Notes: a model not told the origin generated them from the letters alone. Counted from the first letter of the stretch, positions 42,551 through 52,222 are shown. The stretch is DNA of 64,000 nucleotides from an uncultured Alphaproteobacteria bacterium (GCA_902563305.1 CACEWP010000005.1:4211-68210); one strand, 5' to 3'. Numbers and translations are program-made.

Positions 42551-43581
42551 AGATTTTAAACATACTTAGCGGTGCTAAATTTGGTGGAGCAGAATTATTT
42601 TTCGAAAGACTTACCTGTTCATTTGACAAACATAAAGATATTCAGCAGAAAATTATTATTAGACGTAATAAAAGAAGATTTAATATTCTGAATGAAAAAA
42701 TTAGTGAGATTGAACAAATAAACAATTTTAATTATTATAATCCTTTTTGCTCCTTCAAGGTTGAAAAAATAATTAAAGATTTTAAGCCTGATATAGTTTT
42801 AAGTTGGATGAATAGAGCCTCAAAAATACTTCCTAATAAAAAAATTAATAATGAAAAAACAGTTGGACGAATTGGTGGTTTTTACAAGATTAAAAATTAT
42901 GTTAATTGTGATTTTTTAGTTACAAATACCCCAGATTTAAAAAAATATGTAATTTCACAAGGTTGGGATCAAAGAGCTGTTGAATATATCCCAAACTTTG
43001 TTATCCAAAATCAAGATTCAATTTTATCAAAAAAAGATAAAAATAATAATGTTATCTTGTGCATGGGAAGGTTTCACCAAAATAAAGCAATTGATATAAT
43101 TATTAAAGCTATGCCATTTTTACCAAAATTTAATTTATTTATTGTTGGAGATGGGAGTTTGCGAATTGATTATGAAAACCTTATTAAAAGATTTAATTTA
43201 AATTCTAGAGTTAAAATATTTGAATGGAGTGAGGATATATCTGAATTTCTTAATTCCTGTTCTGTTCTTGTATGCCCGTCCAGACATGAACCTTTTGGAA
43301 ATATTGTTGTTGATGGTTGGGCACATAAAATTCCTGTTATAGTTTCAGACATTGATGGCCCGGGTAAAATGGTTAAACATAAATCAAATGGATTAAAATT
43401 TGAAAAGGATAATGTTTTTGACTTAGTAGCTAAAATAGAAGACTTACAATCAAATAAATCTTTAAAAAGAAAGATCATAAATAATGGTTTTAATACATAT
43501 AAAAAAAATTTTTCTGAAGATGTTATAGTTTCTAAATATTTAAGTTTTTTTAAAAGAATTAGAAGATCATGTGCGGAATAG
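42529..43581 (+). CDS. Glycosyltransferase family 4 (group 1)
   Basis: FGGAE start and PSRHEPFGNIVVDGWAHKIPVI (EX7E region). Confidence 0.8.
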   Translation: MVKNNKIKILNILSGAKFGGAELFFERLTCSFDKHKDIQQKIIIRRNKRRFNILNEKISEIEQINNFNYYNPFCSFKVEKIIKDFKPDIVLSWMNRASKILPNKKINNEKTVGRIGGFYKIKNYVNCDFLVTNTPDLKKYVISQGWDQRAVEYIPNFVIQNQDSILSKKDKNNNVILCMGRFHQNKAIDIIIKAMPFLPKFNLFIVGDGSLRIDYENLIKRFNLNSRVKIFEWSEDISEFLNSCSVLVCPSRHEPFGNIVVDGWAHKIPVIVSDIDGPGKMVKHKSNGLKFEKDNVFDLVAKIEDLQSNKSLKRKIINNGFNTYKKNFSEDVIVSKYLSFFKRIRRSCAE

Positions 43582-45305
43582 CAGGTTTTTCATACTTAAG
43601 ACCGAAAAATAAACAATCAAATAAATTTTTCCAAATTGAAAAATTTATTTCTCACAGAGGACCTGAGAATACTGGTCGTTATGGAAATGCTTATTTAAAT
43701 TTATTACATACAAGATTGTCAATTGTGGACTTGAAAGGTGGCAATCAACCAATTGAAAATAATAGATATGTTTTGATAGTTAATGGAGAAATTTATAACG
43801 ATCTTGAAATTAGAAAAAAAAATAAATCATATAAATATTCTACCAATTCTGATTCTGAGTCCATTTTAGCATTGTATCATAAAGGGGGGATTGATGCTTT
43901 AAAGAATTTAAGAGGTATGTATGCATTTGTAATTTATGATAAGAATCTAGACGAAGTTATAATTGGTAGAGACGAATTTGGGATTAAACCACTTTACTTT
44001 AGTTTGTTGAAAGATGGAATAATGTTTTGTTCTGAAATCAGACCAATTAAATCATTTGGAAAATCGAATTGCAGTATTAATATATTTAAATTTTTCGAAT
44101 ATATGCAACTTCAGTATTCAACTGGAACTGGAACGATTTATAATGGCATTAATAGAGTAGCTCCGGGTCAAATTCTTGTAATCAAAAGGGGTAAAATAAT
44201 AAGAAGTATTTCAAATTCTTTTAAAACAAAAAGTAAGCAGAATATTAATCAAACGGAAAAATTTATTGATAATAGTTTAAGAGAATCAATCGAAAGTCAT
44301 TTAAGAAGTGATGTACCATATTGTCTGTTTTTTTCTGGGGGTATTGATTCAATGCTACTTTTGCACTATTTATATCAATTGAAAAAAAAAAATATTGTCG
44401 CATTCTCAATATTTTTTGATGAATATTCTAAAGAAGATTTAAAAAAGATAACCGATAAATATAATATTGACTTAGTGTATGAGAAGTTTTCTGAGAGAGA
44501 TTTCTGGGAATGGATCTTTTTTGCTGCTGAGAAAATTGATGAACCAGTTGCAGATTATGCAATTTTACCCACCTTTAAACTTGCTTCACTAGCTTCAAAG
44601 AATTTTAAAGTTGCACTTACTGGAGAAGGTGGAGATGAATTATTTGGAGGATATGGGAGATATAAAAAATCTCAAAGATCTATTTTTAAAAATACAGATT
44701 ATATCCCAAGAGGTGCATTTAAAAAAATTTTTAAGAATAAAAAATTTTCTAACTGGGAATATGAGTTAAAAAATCTTAATAGTTTTACATTAAGAAATGA
44801 ATTTTCAATTCTTCAAAGATTTCAAATATTTGATTACTACAACTGGTTACCTAATAATTTACTTGTTAAATTAGATAGATGCCTGATGGCATTTGGTATG
44901 GAAGGAAGAACTCCATTCATCGATAAAGAATTATTTAATAAGTTATTTTATATAGATGATGATAGGAAAATTAATAAAGGCTTTGGAAAATTTTATATAA
45001 GAGATTTTCTAAATTCAAGAATCCCCGAATATAATTTTTTTAAAAAAAAAAAAGGTTTTTCTGTTCCAATTTATGATTGGATACCAAGTAAAGTTGACTA
45101 TTTAGAGGAATTGCTCTTAAAACAAGAGTTTTTAGGGGAATATTTCTCTAAAGATGAATTAAGACATATTTGTAAAGCAACGAAATATAATAAAAAATTT
45201 TCTAAACCACTTTGGCATATCATTTTTTTTACGTCATGGTATCTTGTAAATATTCTTGGACTTAATAAAAAAGGAAACTTTTTTGATGTCTTATCTGATA
45301 GATAA
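43569..45305 (+). CDS. asnB: Asparagine synthase (glutamine-hydrolysing)-like amidotransferase
   Basis: Ntn start MCGIAGF and PP-loop FSGGIDS. Embedded in the glycosyltransferase cluster. Confidence 0.8.
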   Translation: MCGIAGFSYLRPKNKQSNKFFQIEKFISHRGPENTGRYGNAYLNLLHTRLSIVDLKGGNQPIENNRYVLIVNGEIYNDLEIRKKNKSYKYSTNSDSESILALYHKGGIDALKNLRGMYAFVIYDKNLDEVIIGRDEFGIKPLYFSLLKDGIMFCSEIRPIKSFGKSNCSINIFKFFEYMQLQYSTGTGTIYNGINRVAPGQILVIKRGKIIRSISNSFKTKSKQNINQTEKFIDNSLRESIESHLRSDVPYCLFFSGGIDSMLLLHYLYQLKKKNIVAFSIFFDEYSKEDLKKITDKYNIDLVYEKFSERDFWEWIFFAAEKIDEPVADYAILPTFKLASLASKNFKVALTGEGGDELFGGYGRYKKSQRSIFKNTDYIPRGAFKKIFKNKKFSNWEYELKNLNSFTLRNEFSILQRFQIFDYYNWLPNNLLVKLDRCLMAFGMEGRTPFIDKELFNKLFYIDDDRKINKGFGKFYIRDFLNSRIPEYNFFKKKKGFSVPIYDWIPSKVDYLEELLLKQEFLGEYFSKDELRHICKATKYNKKFSKPLWHIIFFTSWYLVNILGLNKKGNFFDVLSDR

Positions 45306-45308
45306 AAT

Positions 45309-46649
45309 ATGACGGATACTTCACAAAGATTTGATTTAATATTGAGGAATGCAAAAGTTCTACTACCGAATGATAAAATTGAAGAAATAGACATTGGTAT
45401 TGCTGATTCTAAAATTACTTCTTTAGGCGATTTAAACGGAAAAGTTTCTATCAAAACATTGGATATAAAAGGATTATTGGTAATCCCTGGAGTAATTGAT
45501 ACTCAAGTACACTTCAGAGAGCCTGGACTAACTCATAAAGAAGATATTTTTCATGGTACAAAGGGAGCGGCACTTGGTGGAGTTACAAGTATTTTTGAAA
45601 TGCCAAATACAAAACCACCTACCACTAATATCTCTGAACTTAGACATAAATTTGAAATTGCTAAAGAAAACGCATTTTGTAATTACAGTTTTTTTGTTGG
45701 TGCGACAAAAGATAATATAGATGATTTAAATAAATTAGAGAACTTTCCAGGTTGTTGTGGAGTTAAAATTTTTATGGGATCTTCTACAGGTGATCTTTTG
45801 GTTGAGGATGATCGTAATATTCTTAAGATTCTAAAAAGTGTTAAAAAAATGATTGCAGTTCACAGCGAAGATGAGTACCGATTGAAAGAGAGGAAAGAGA
45901 ATTTTTCTAAAAAATCAATATCAGTTTTGGATCATCCTCATCTCAGAGATGTTGAATCCGCTGTAAAAAGTACAAAGAGACTTTTAAATGCGGCTAATAT
46001 ATCTAAGAAAAAAATTCATATTCTCCATTTATCAACTTCTGATGAAGTTGATCTGTTAAGATCTAATAAGAATGTTGCTACATGTGAAGCAACACCCCAG
46101 CATTTATTTTTTAGTGCTCCTGAATGTTATGAAAAGCTAGGTTCACTTGCCCAAATGAATCCTCCAATTAGAGATTTTTCTCATACTAAGGGAATTTGGA
46201 AAGGTGTTTCAGACCAGGTAATTGATATTATAGGTTCAGATCACGCGCCTCACACTATTGAAGAAAAAAGAAAAAAATATCCAGATTCACCATCAGGTAT
46301 GACTGGCGTTCAGACGCTACTTCCAATTATGTTGGATTTTGTAAATAAAAAAAAATTGTCGATCTTTGATCTTGTAAGATTAGTATGTTCAAATCCATGT
46401 AAAATTTATAATGTTGTAAATAAAGGTCAAATAAGTCTTGGATTTGACGCAGATCTAACCGTTATAGACATGGAGAAAAAATTTACTATTACTGACGACT
46501 GGATTCAAAGTAAATCAAAATGGACACCATATAACAATTACACAGTTAAAGGAATGCCGGTTTTAACAATTATTAATGGAAAGTTAGTTATGTCTGATAA
46601 TGAAGTGCTTCCTAATCCTGAGGGTAAAAAAATAAATTTCAAGTATTGA
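45309..46649 (+). CDS. pyrC: Dihydroorotase (class I, amidohydrolase)
   Basis: IDTQVHFREPG, AVHSED, HILHLS and GSDHAPH motifs. Confidence 0.8.
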   Translation: MTDTSQRFDLILRNAKVLLPNDKIEEIDIGIADSKITSLGDLNGKVSIKTLDIKGLLVIPGVIDTQVHFREPGLTHKEDIFHGTKGAALGGVTSIFEMPNTKPPTTNISELRHKFEIAKENAFCNYSFFVGATKDNIDDLNKLENFPGCCGVKIFMGSSTGDLLVEDDRNILKILKSVKKMIAVHSEDEYRLKERKENFSKKSISVLDHPHLRDVESAVKSTKRLLNAANISKKKIHILHLSTSDEVDLLRSNKNVATCEATPQHLFFSAPECYEKLGSLAQMNPPIRDFSHTKGIWKGVSDQVIDIIGSDHAPHTIEEKRKKYPDSPSGMTGVQTLLPIMLDFVNKKKLSIFDLVRLVCSNPCKIYNVVNKGQISLGFDADLTVIDMEKKFTITDDWIQSKSKWTPYNNYTVKGMPVLTIINGKLVMSDNEVLPNPEGKKINFKY

Positions 46650-46812
46650 TCTCCCTAACTATTATTATTTTTATACTTTCTTCTGATACATAGTACTGAT
46701 CAATAGTATTTTTTATTGCAATTTTTATTGCACTTTCTTTATCTGTTGCGTGAATAGTTTCAAAATTTTTTCCATAAATTGGAATTTCTAATTCCACTTT
46801 ATACCATTTCAT
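46639..46812 (-). CDS. Candidate 57-aa protein translationally coupled to the DAACS transporter
   Basis: ATGA stop/start overlap with the transporter gene. Encodes MKWYKVELEIPIYGKNFETIHATDKESAIKIAIKNTIDQYYVSEESIKIIIVREINT*. Below the track cutoff. Confidence 0.4.
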   Translation of the reverse strand: MKWYKVELEIPIYGKNFETIHATDKESAIKIAIKNTIDQYYVSEESIKIIIVREINT

Positions 46813-48020
46813 TCTTTTTCACTTTTATTTATTACTATGGTTACCATAGCATCACCAGTTATATTGATTGACGTTCTTAGCATATCCAAAAATCTATCAA
46901 CACCCATCACAATAGCTATCCCCTCTAAAGGCAAACCTACTTGGTTTAAAACCATTCCTAACATTATAATACCAACACCTGGAACCCCTGCAGTACCAAT
47001 TGAAGCCAGCGTAGCAGTTAGGATAATTGAAATATAATCAGAAAAAAACAAATCAATACCATATAGATTAGCAATAAAAACTGTTGCTATCCCCTGCATT
47101 ATAGCAGTTCCATCCATATTAATTGTTGCTCCAAGTGGAATGGTGAATGAGGCAATATTTTCTTTAATATCAAATTTATTTTTCATACATTGCAATGTTA
47201 TAGGAATAGTTGCACTGCTACTTGATGTCGAAAATGAAAATAATAGTGCTTCTTTAATACCTTGAAAAAAATTACTAAGATTCAACTTCCCATAAAACTT
47301 TATTAGAGTTAGATAAACCAATACTGCATGAAAAATAAGTACAGTAATAACAAGAATAAAATACTTCAACAATTCAATTATTGATGAAAGACCCTGAGTG
47401 GCAAAAGTTTTGGCTATTAAACAGAAAATACCTAATGGTGCTATGATCATTACAAATGAGAGAATTTTCATTACAACATCATTAAAATCATTAAAAAATT
47501 TTTTTAATGTTTCAACACGCTTTGATATCGATAATGCACTCCCAATTAAAATTGCGAAGAAAATCACTTGTAACATTTCTCCATCCACTAGGGATTCGAA
47601 AGGGTTATTTGGAATAATATTTAATAAAATTTCAAAAAAGGAAGGCGGATCGGAAACCTTGATGTTAGTCGTTTCAAAATTCGAGTCAATGTTTTTTCCT
47701 GGTTGAAACAGATTTGCAAAGAAAAGAGAAGATGTTATGGCTAAAAAGGTAGTAGTTATATATAGCGCAACTGACTTTATACCTATTCTTCCTAAAGTAT
47801 TAAAATTATTGAGATTGGCCACACCTTTGATGAGTGAAAAAAAAACAATTGGGACAACCAGCATTTTAATTGTCTTAAGAAAAATATTTCCTCCAAATTC
47901 TAAAAGATTTATAATAATTTCTTTAAAGTATATAGGTATATTTAACCATCCGATTACAATGCCAAATAAAACTCCTAACATAAAACCAATGAAAATTTGT
48001 TGAGTTAAGTTTTTTTTCAT
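46809..48020 (-). CDS. Dicarboxylate/amino acid:cation symporter (DAACS, GltP/DctA-like)
   Basis: SSSSATIP, PLGATINMDGTA and VDRFLDMLRTSINITGDA (Asp and Arg of acidic-substrate type retained). Confidence 0.9.
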   Translation of the reverse strand: MKKNLTQQIFIGFMLGVLFGIVIGWLNIPIYFKEIIINLLEFGGNIFLKTIKMLVVPIVFFSLIKGVANLNNFNTLGRIGIKSVALYITTTFLAITSSLFFANLFQPGKNIDSNFETTNIKVSDPPSFFEILLNIIPNNPFESLVDGEMLQVIFFAILIGSALSISKRVETLKKFFNDFNDVVMKILSFVMIIAPLGIFCLIAKTFATQGLSSIIELLKYFILVITVLIFHAVLVYLTLIKFYGKLNLSNFFQGIKEALLFSFSTSSSSATIPITLQCMKNKFDIKENIASFTIPLGATINMDGTAIMQGIATVFIANLYGIDLFFSDYISIILTATLASIGTAGVPGVGIIMLGMVLNQVGLPLEGIAIVMGVDRFLDMLRTSINITGDAMVTIVINKSEKE

Positions 48021-48022
48021 AC

Positions 48023-48096
48023 TGGTGCCCTCTACTGGTTACGCTCCAGTGGCTGAGTCTTACCAAGACCCTGTTTTACTATTAAACTAAGAGGGC
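48023..48096 (-). tRNA. tRNA-type cloverleaf with anticodon GGU (Thr-type), encoded ACCA and atypical D/T loops; either a divergent tRNA or a tRNA-like 5' leader
   Basis: The minus strand reads GCCCTCT-TA-GTTT-AATAGTA-AAAC-A-GGGTC-TTGGTAA-GACTC-AGCC-ACTGG-AGCGTAA-CCAGT-AGAGGGC-ACCA. Stems are 7/4/5/5 bp with one G-U pair. U8, A14, U33, A37 and G53-C61 are present. The T loop is not TTCRA and the D loop lacks GG. Confidence 0.55.
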
Positions 48097-48190
48097 GGTT
48101 ATTTGATAAATAATTAAACATTAATTAATAATAAACAAAATCCTTTTTAACTCAAAGGTGTGTTTAAAAAGAAAATAAAATGAGAATGAA

Positions 48191-49798
48191 TTATATATAA
48201 TTGAAACTGTTTGGTGTTACTTTGTTCCAATAAACATTTAATCTCGGGTCTGCAACATTTAATTTACCTTTTTTCATTAATTCACCAGTTTCAACTTTTG
48301 GATATATTTGGTCAGCCAATCTAATTTCACTTTCAGATAGTCTTCTAACTATATGCCTTCTGCTTAGTTCAGAAGGGTGATTGACCCCTACCGATTCTAA
48401 CAATTCCTTAAATACGAATAGTGTGTTTTTATGAAAACTTGAAGCTCTTTCTGATCTATCTTTTATATCAATAGCTCTATAACGCATGGGATCCATAGTT
48501 GCAATACCGGTAGGACATTCTCCAGTATGACATGATCTACATTGTATACATCCAATTGCAAACATAAATGGTCTAGCCATATTAACCCAGTCCGCTCCTA
48601 AAGAGCACATGTGAGCAATGTCAAAAGCTGAGACTATTTTTCCTGACACACCAATTTTTACTCTTTTTCTTAAATTTGATCCAATAAGCGCATTATCAAC
48701 AAAAATAATTGCATCTTTAAGAGGTGAACCAAGATGATCAGTAAATTCAGCTGGTGCGGCACCAGTGCCACCCTCAGCTCCATCAATTGTAATAAAATCA
48801 ATATATTTTTTTTTTAATACCATGGTCTTAACAATTGATATCAGTTCCCACGGATGTCCAATACACATTTTTATTCCAACGGGTTTATTACCAGAAAGCT
48901 TTCTTAATTTTTCTACAAAATCGAGTAGTTGTTTAGGTGTAGAAAATTCTTTATGTTTTGCTGGTGAAATACAATCCTTACCAACGTCAATTCCTCTTGT
49001 TTCTGCAATTTCTTCAGTTACTTTAGGCGCAAGTAGCATGCCACCATGACCTGGTTTTGCTCCTTGACTAATTTTTATTTCAATCATTTTAATCTGATTT
49101 TTTTTGGCCTTACTTGCAAAAGTTTTTGGACAAAAATCACCATTTTTATTTCTACAACCAAAATATCCTGATGAAATCTGCCAAATTGTATCTCCACCTC
49201 CACGCTCATGATATTTAGACATTGATCCTTCGCCAGTATTATGAGCAAATTTTCCAATTTTTGCAGCTTTATTTAAAGAAGTAATTGCAGGAGGCGAAAT
49301 AGCACCAAAGGATGTTCCTGAGATATTTAGAACAGACATATCATAGAAATTTTTACCAATACCTACTTTGGTTCTAAAATCTGAATTTGTAATTGAAGAT
49401 GGTGTAATTGAATGATTCAGCCATACAAAATCGTCGTCATACATTTTCTCCAGAGAACCAAACGGTCTCACACCACCGATATTCTTTGACCTTTGGTAAA
49501 CCATTGTTCTTTGGTTTCTAGAATATGGAACTTCATCATCATCTGTTTCCCAATAATATTGCCTTAATTCTGGCCTTATACTTTCTAAAAAAAATCTAAA
49601 CCTACCTAAAAGCGGAAAGTTCGATAAAATTGACCTCTTTTTTTGTAGGAAGTCCTTGAGCGAAATAATAAATAAAAAAAAACTTAAGAAAAAAATTATA
49701 GTAAAAAAAGAATTAAAAAAACAAGCTACACCTGAAATAGCAGATATCACAGCTGTGTAAACTAATAAAGAATATCTTCCCCAAATAATGTCGATCAT
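48191..49798 (-). CDS. FMN-binding glutamate synthase-family protein (GltB domain 2-like), membrane-anchored
   Basis: N-terminal TM helices. GAKPGHGG, DGAEGGTGAAP and CxxxxC..C Fe-S-like motifs. Confidence 0.8.
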   Translation of the reverse strand: MIDIIWGRYSLLVYTAVISAISGVACFFNSFFTIIFFLSFFLFIISLKDFLQKKRSILSNFPLLGRFRFFLESIRPELRQYYWETDDDEVPYSRNQRTMVYQRSKNIGGVRPFGSLEKMYDDDFVWLNHSITPSSITNSDFRTKVGIGKNFYDMSVLNISGTSFGAISPPAITSLNKAAKIGKFAHNTGEGSMSKYHERGGGDTIWQISSGYFGCRNKNGDFCPKTFASKAKKNQIKMIEIKISQGAKPGHGGMLLAPKVTEEIAETRGIDVGKDCISPAKHKEFSTPKQLLDFVEKLRKLSGNKPVGIKMCIGHPWELISIVKTMVLKKKYIDFITIDGAEGGTGAAPAEFTDHLGSPLKDAIIFVDNALIGSNLRKRVKIGVSGKIVSAFDIAHMCSLGADWVNMARPFMFAIGCIQCRSCHTGECPTGIATMDPMRYRAIDIKDRSERASSFHKNTLFVFKELLESVGVNHPSELSRRHIVRRLSESEIRLADQIYPKVETGELMKKGKLNVADPRLNVYWNKVTPNSFNYI

Positions 49799-49945
49799 AC
49801 AAACACAACACTATCAAATTATAAATTAAAAAAAAATGTTTAATATAAAATTAATACTAATTTTTATATTTCATATTTTAATCCAACTATTGTATATGTT
49901 AATATTATCATTTCCGATTAATAAAAGGTAAGTAAAGTTCTAAAA

Positions 49946-50296
49946 ATGGATGAAATAGAAATACAAAAAAAACTAAAACAATTTGCAAAAGATAGAGATT
50001 GGGAAAAATTCCATAATTTAAAAAACCTGGCTATCTCTATTTCTTTAGAGTCCTCTGAATTATTGGAAATATTTCAATGGCAAAATGAAAATTCAGCTTT
50101 TTGGAAAAATAAAAAAATAATCAGAATGATAGAAGATGAAATTGCTGACGTTATGTTGTACCTATTGAGGTTTTCAGATATTGCAAAAATTGACATTCAA
50201 AAAATTTGTGAACAAAAAATAAAAAAGAATAAAAAAAAATATCCAATTAAATTTGCTAAAGGAATATCTACAAAATATAACAAACTTAAGAGATGA
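49946..50296 (+). CDS. MazG-like nucleotide pyrophosphohydrolase
   Basis: All-alpha NTP-PPase pattern F..ERDW..FH....L...L..E..EL.E.FQW plus EEIADVMLYL. Confidence 0.75.
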   Translation: MDEIEIQKKLKQFAKDRDWEKFHNLKNLAISISLESSELLEIFQWQNENSAFWKNKKIIRMIEDEIADVMLYLLRFSDIAKIDIQKICEQKIKKNKKKYPIKFAKGISTKYNKLKR

Positions 50297-50396
50297 AATT
50301 ATTGAAATAAGATTTTTATGAAGAACCCCCCAAATAAATTTGCTAAACTTTCTAAAGCTTTAAGAAAAAATTTAATTAAAAGGAAGGAAAAAAAAA

Positions 50397-50951
50397 ATGG
50401 GGATAATGCCTGATTCTTGGATACAAAAAATGGCCCAAGAAAAACAAATGATAGACCCATTTGTTAACAAGTTAGAAAAAAAGAATGTTCTTTCCTATGG
50501 TCTCTCTTCATATGGTTATGATGCAAGAGTATCTAGTAATTTTAAAATTTTTACAAATGTTAATTCTGCAACAGTGGACCCTAAAAGTTTTAGTGAATCA
50601 AGTTTTGTTGATAGAGATGTTGATTTTTGTATTATACCTCCAAATAGTTTTGCTTTGGCAAGGACTGTGGAGTATTTTAAAATTCCAAAAGAAACCTTAG
50701 TAATCTGTGTAGGAAAATCTACTTACGCTAGATGTGGAATTATTGTAAATGTTACTCCTCTTGAACCAGAATGGGAAGGTCATGTAACACTAGAATTCTC
50801 AAACACTACCCCACTTCCTGCTAAAATTTACGCAAACGAGGGAGCCGCTCAATTTTTATTTTTTAAGGGAGAGAACATTTGTGAACTTTCCTATGCAGAT
50901 AGAAAAGGAAAATATATGTTTCAAAAAGGTATAACTCTTCCAAAATTATAA
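50397..50951 (+). CDS. dcd: dCTP deaminase
   Basis: GYD.R..., [10 protein letters not shown] and [14 protein letters not shown] motifs, 184 aa. Confidence 0.9.
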   Translation: MGIMPDSWIQKMAQEKQMIDPFVNKLEKKNVLSYGLSSYGYDARVSSNFKIFTNVNSATVDPKSFSESSFVDRDVDFCIIPPNSFALARTVEYFKIPKETLVICVGKSTYARCGIIVNVTPLEPEWEGHVTLEFSNTTPLPAKIYANEGAAQFLFFKGENICELSYADRKGKYMFQKGITLPKL

Positions 50952-50953
50952 TA

Positions 50954-52222
50954 ATGGATAAGATAGTAATAATCGGAGGAAACCCTTTAAATGGAAAAAT
51001 TAAGATTAGTGGATCAAAAAACTCAGCACTTCCTATTTTAGCTTCTTCGCTTCTTACTAAAGATAAAATCTCAATTTCTAATATCCCAAATTTATCAGAT
51101 GTAACTTCGATGTTTGATTTGTTAAAATCTTTGAATGTAAATATAAGAAAAAAAGTTAATTCAATTGATCTTACATCCTCTACTCCAGAATCTTTTTTTG
51201 CTCCTTATGAAATTGTGAGAAAGATGAGAGCATCTTTCTTAATATTAGGTCCGCTACTCGCTAGATATGGTGAAGCTTCGGTATCTCTTCCTGGTGGTTG
51301 CGCCATAGGAACAAGACCTGTGAATTTGCATCTAGAAGGGTTGGCAAAAATGGGTGTAAATTTTAAAATTGAAAATGGTTATGTACGAGGAAATATCAAT
51401 GGGAGGTTAAAAGGAACAACTTTAAATTTAGATAAAGTATCAGTTGGAGCAACTGAAAACTTGATTATGGCAGCAACATTAGCAGAGGGAACTACAATAA
51501 TTAATAATGCAGCGAGAGAACCGGAAATCTCTGATTTGTCAAAACTATTAATAAAGATGGGTGCAAAGATAAATGGTTTTGGGACAAAAAAAATTGTTAT
51601 CAAGGGTACTAGAAGCTTAAAAAGTTGTTCTTACAAGATCATGCCAGATAGGATTGAGATGGGAACCTTTGCTTTATGTGTTTTTGGTTGTTCTGGAAAA
51701 GTAGAACTTGAAAATGTGAATGAGGAAATTTGCGTTCATTTAAAAAAAATCTTCAAACCTTTGAAATCTTTAAAGTTGAAAATTTTTAAAAATGGTAAAA
51801 GAATATTGATACAAAAGGACGCAGATCAAGAAATTTCTTTAAAAATCAAGACTAAAGAATACCCTGGATTTCCAACAGATTTACAAGCACAATTAACTTC
51901 AGCTCTTTTAAAAACTAAAGGAAAAACTGAAATAATTGAGAATATTTTTGAAAATAGGTTTATGCATATTAGTGAATTAATTAGAATGGGTGCAAAACTT
52001 AATCAAAAAGGTTCAAAAGTTATTGTGAGTATGTGTAAAAAATTAAAAGGTGCAGAAGTAATGGCAACGGATTTAAGAGCATCCTCCTCTTTAGTTATTG
52101 CTGGATTGATGGCGGAGGGAGAAACCATTATAAATAGAGTTTATCATTTAGACAGAGGTTACGAAAATCTAGAAAAGAAGTTACAAAGTTGTGGAGCACA
52201 AATAAGGAGAATAAGATCATGA
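50954..52222 (+). CDS. murA: UDP-N-acetylglucosamine 1-carboxyvinyltransferase
   Basis: ISGSKNSALPILA and LPGGCAIGTRPVNLH (catalytic Cys loop). Confidence 0.95.
   Translation: MDKIVIIGGNPLNGKIKISGSKNSALPILASSLLTKDKISISNIPNLSDVTSMFDLLKSLNVNIRKKVNSIDLTSSTPESFFAPYEIVRKMRASFLILGPLLARYGEASVSLPGGCAIGTRPVNLHLEGLAKMGVNFKIENGYVRGNINGRLKGTTLNLDKVSVGATENLIMAATLAEGTTIINNAAREPEISDLSKLLIKMGAKINGFGTKKIVIKGTRSLKSCSYKIMPDRIEMGTFALCVFGCSGKVELENVNEEICVHLKKIFKPLKSLKLKIFKNGKRILIQKDADQEISLKIKTKEYPGFPTDLQAQLTSALLKTKGKTEIIENIFENRFMHISELIRMGAKLNQKGSKVIVSMCKKLKGAEVMATDLRASSSLVIAGLMAEGETIINRVYHLDRGYENLEKKLQSCGAQIRRIRS

Noticed and set aside
45504-45506. The first His of the dihydroorotase HxH metal motif is Gln (IDTQVHFREPG), suggesting an inactive PyrC'-type protein
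   Set aside because: The other metal and catalytic motifs (AVHSED, HILHLS, GSDHAPH) are intact. I believe some active DHOase lineages have QxH at this position. Inactivity cannot be concluded from sequence alone.
48021-48105. GC-rich leader of the DAACS transporter, considered as a known riboswitch (glycine, purine, SAM-type)
   Set aside because: I could not match the glycine, purine or SAM consensus cores from memory. The region instead folds exactly as a tRNA cloverleaf with stems of 7/4/5/5 bp and an ACCA tail, so it is reported as tRNA-like.
50318-50413. 31-aa basic ORF ([31 protein letters not shown]) overlapping the dcd start
   Set aside because: There is no clear SD. Half of it is an A-rich Lys run that also forms the dcd ribosome-binding region. 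It is too short and too low in complexity to support.
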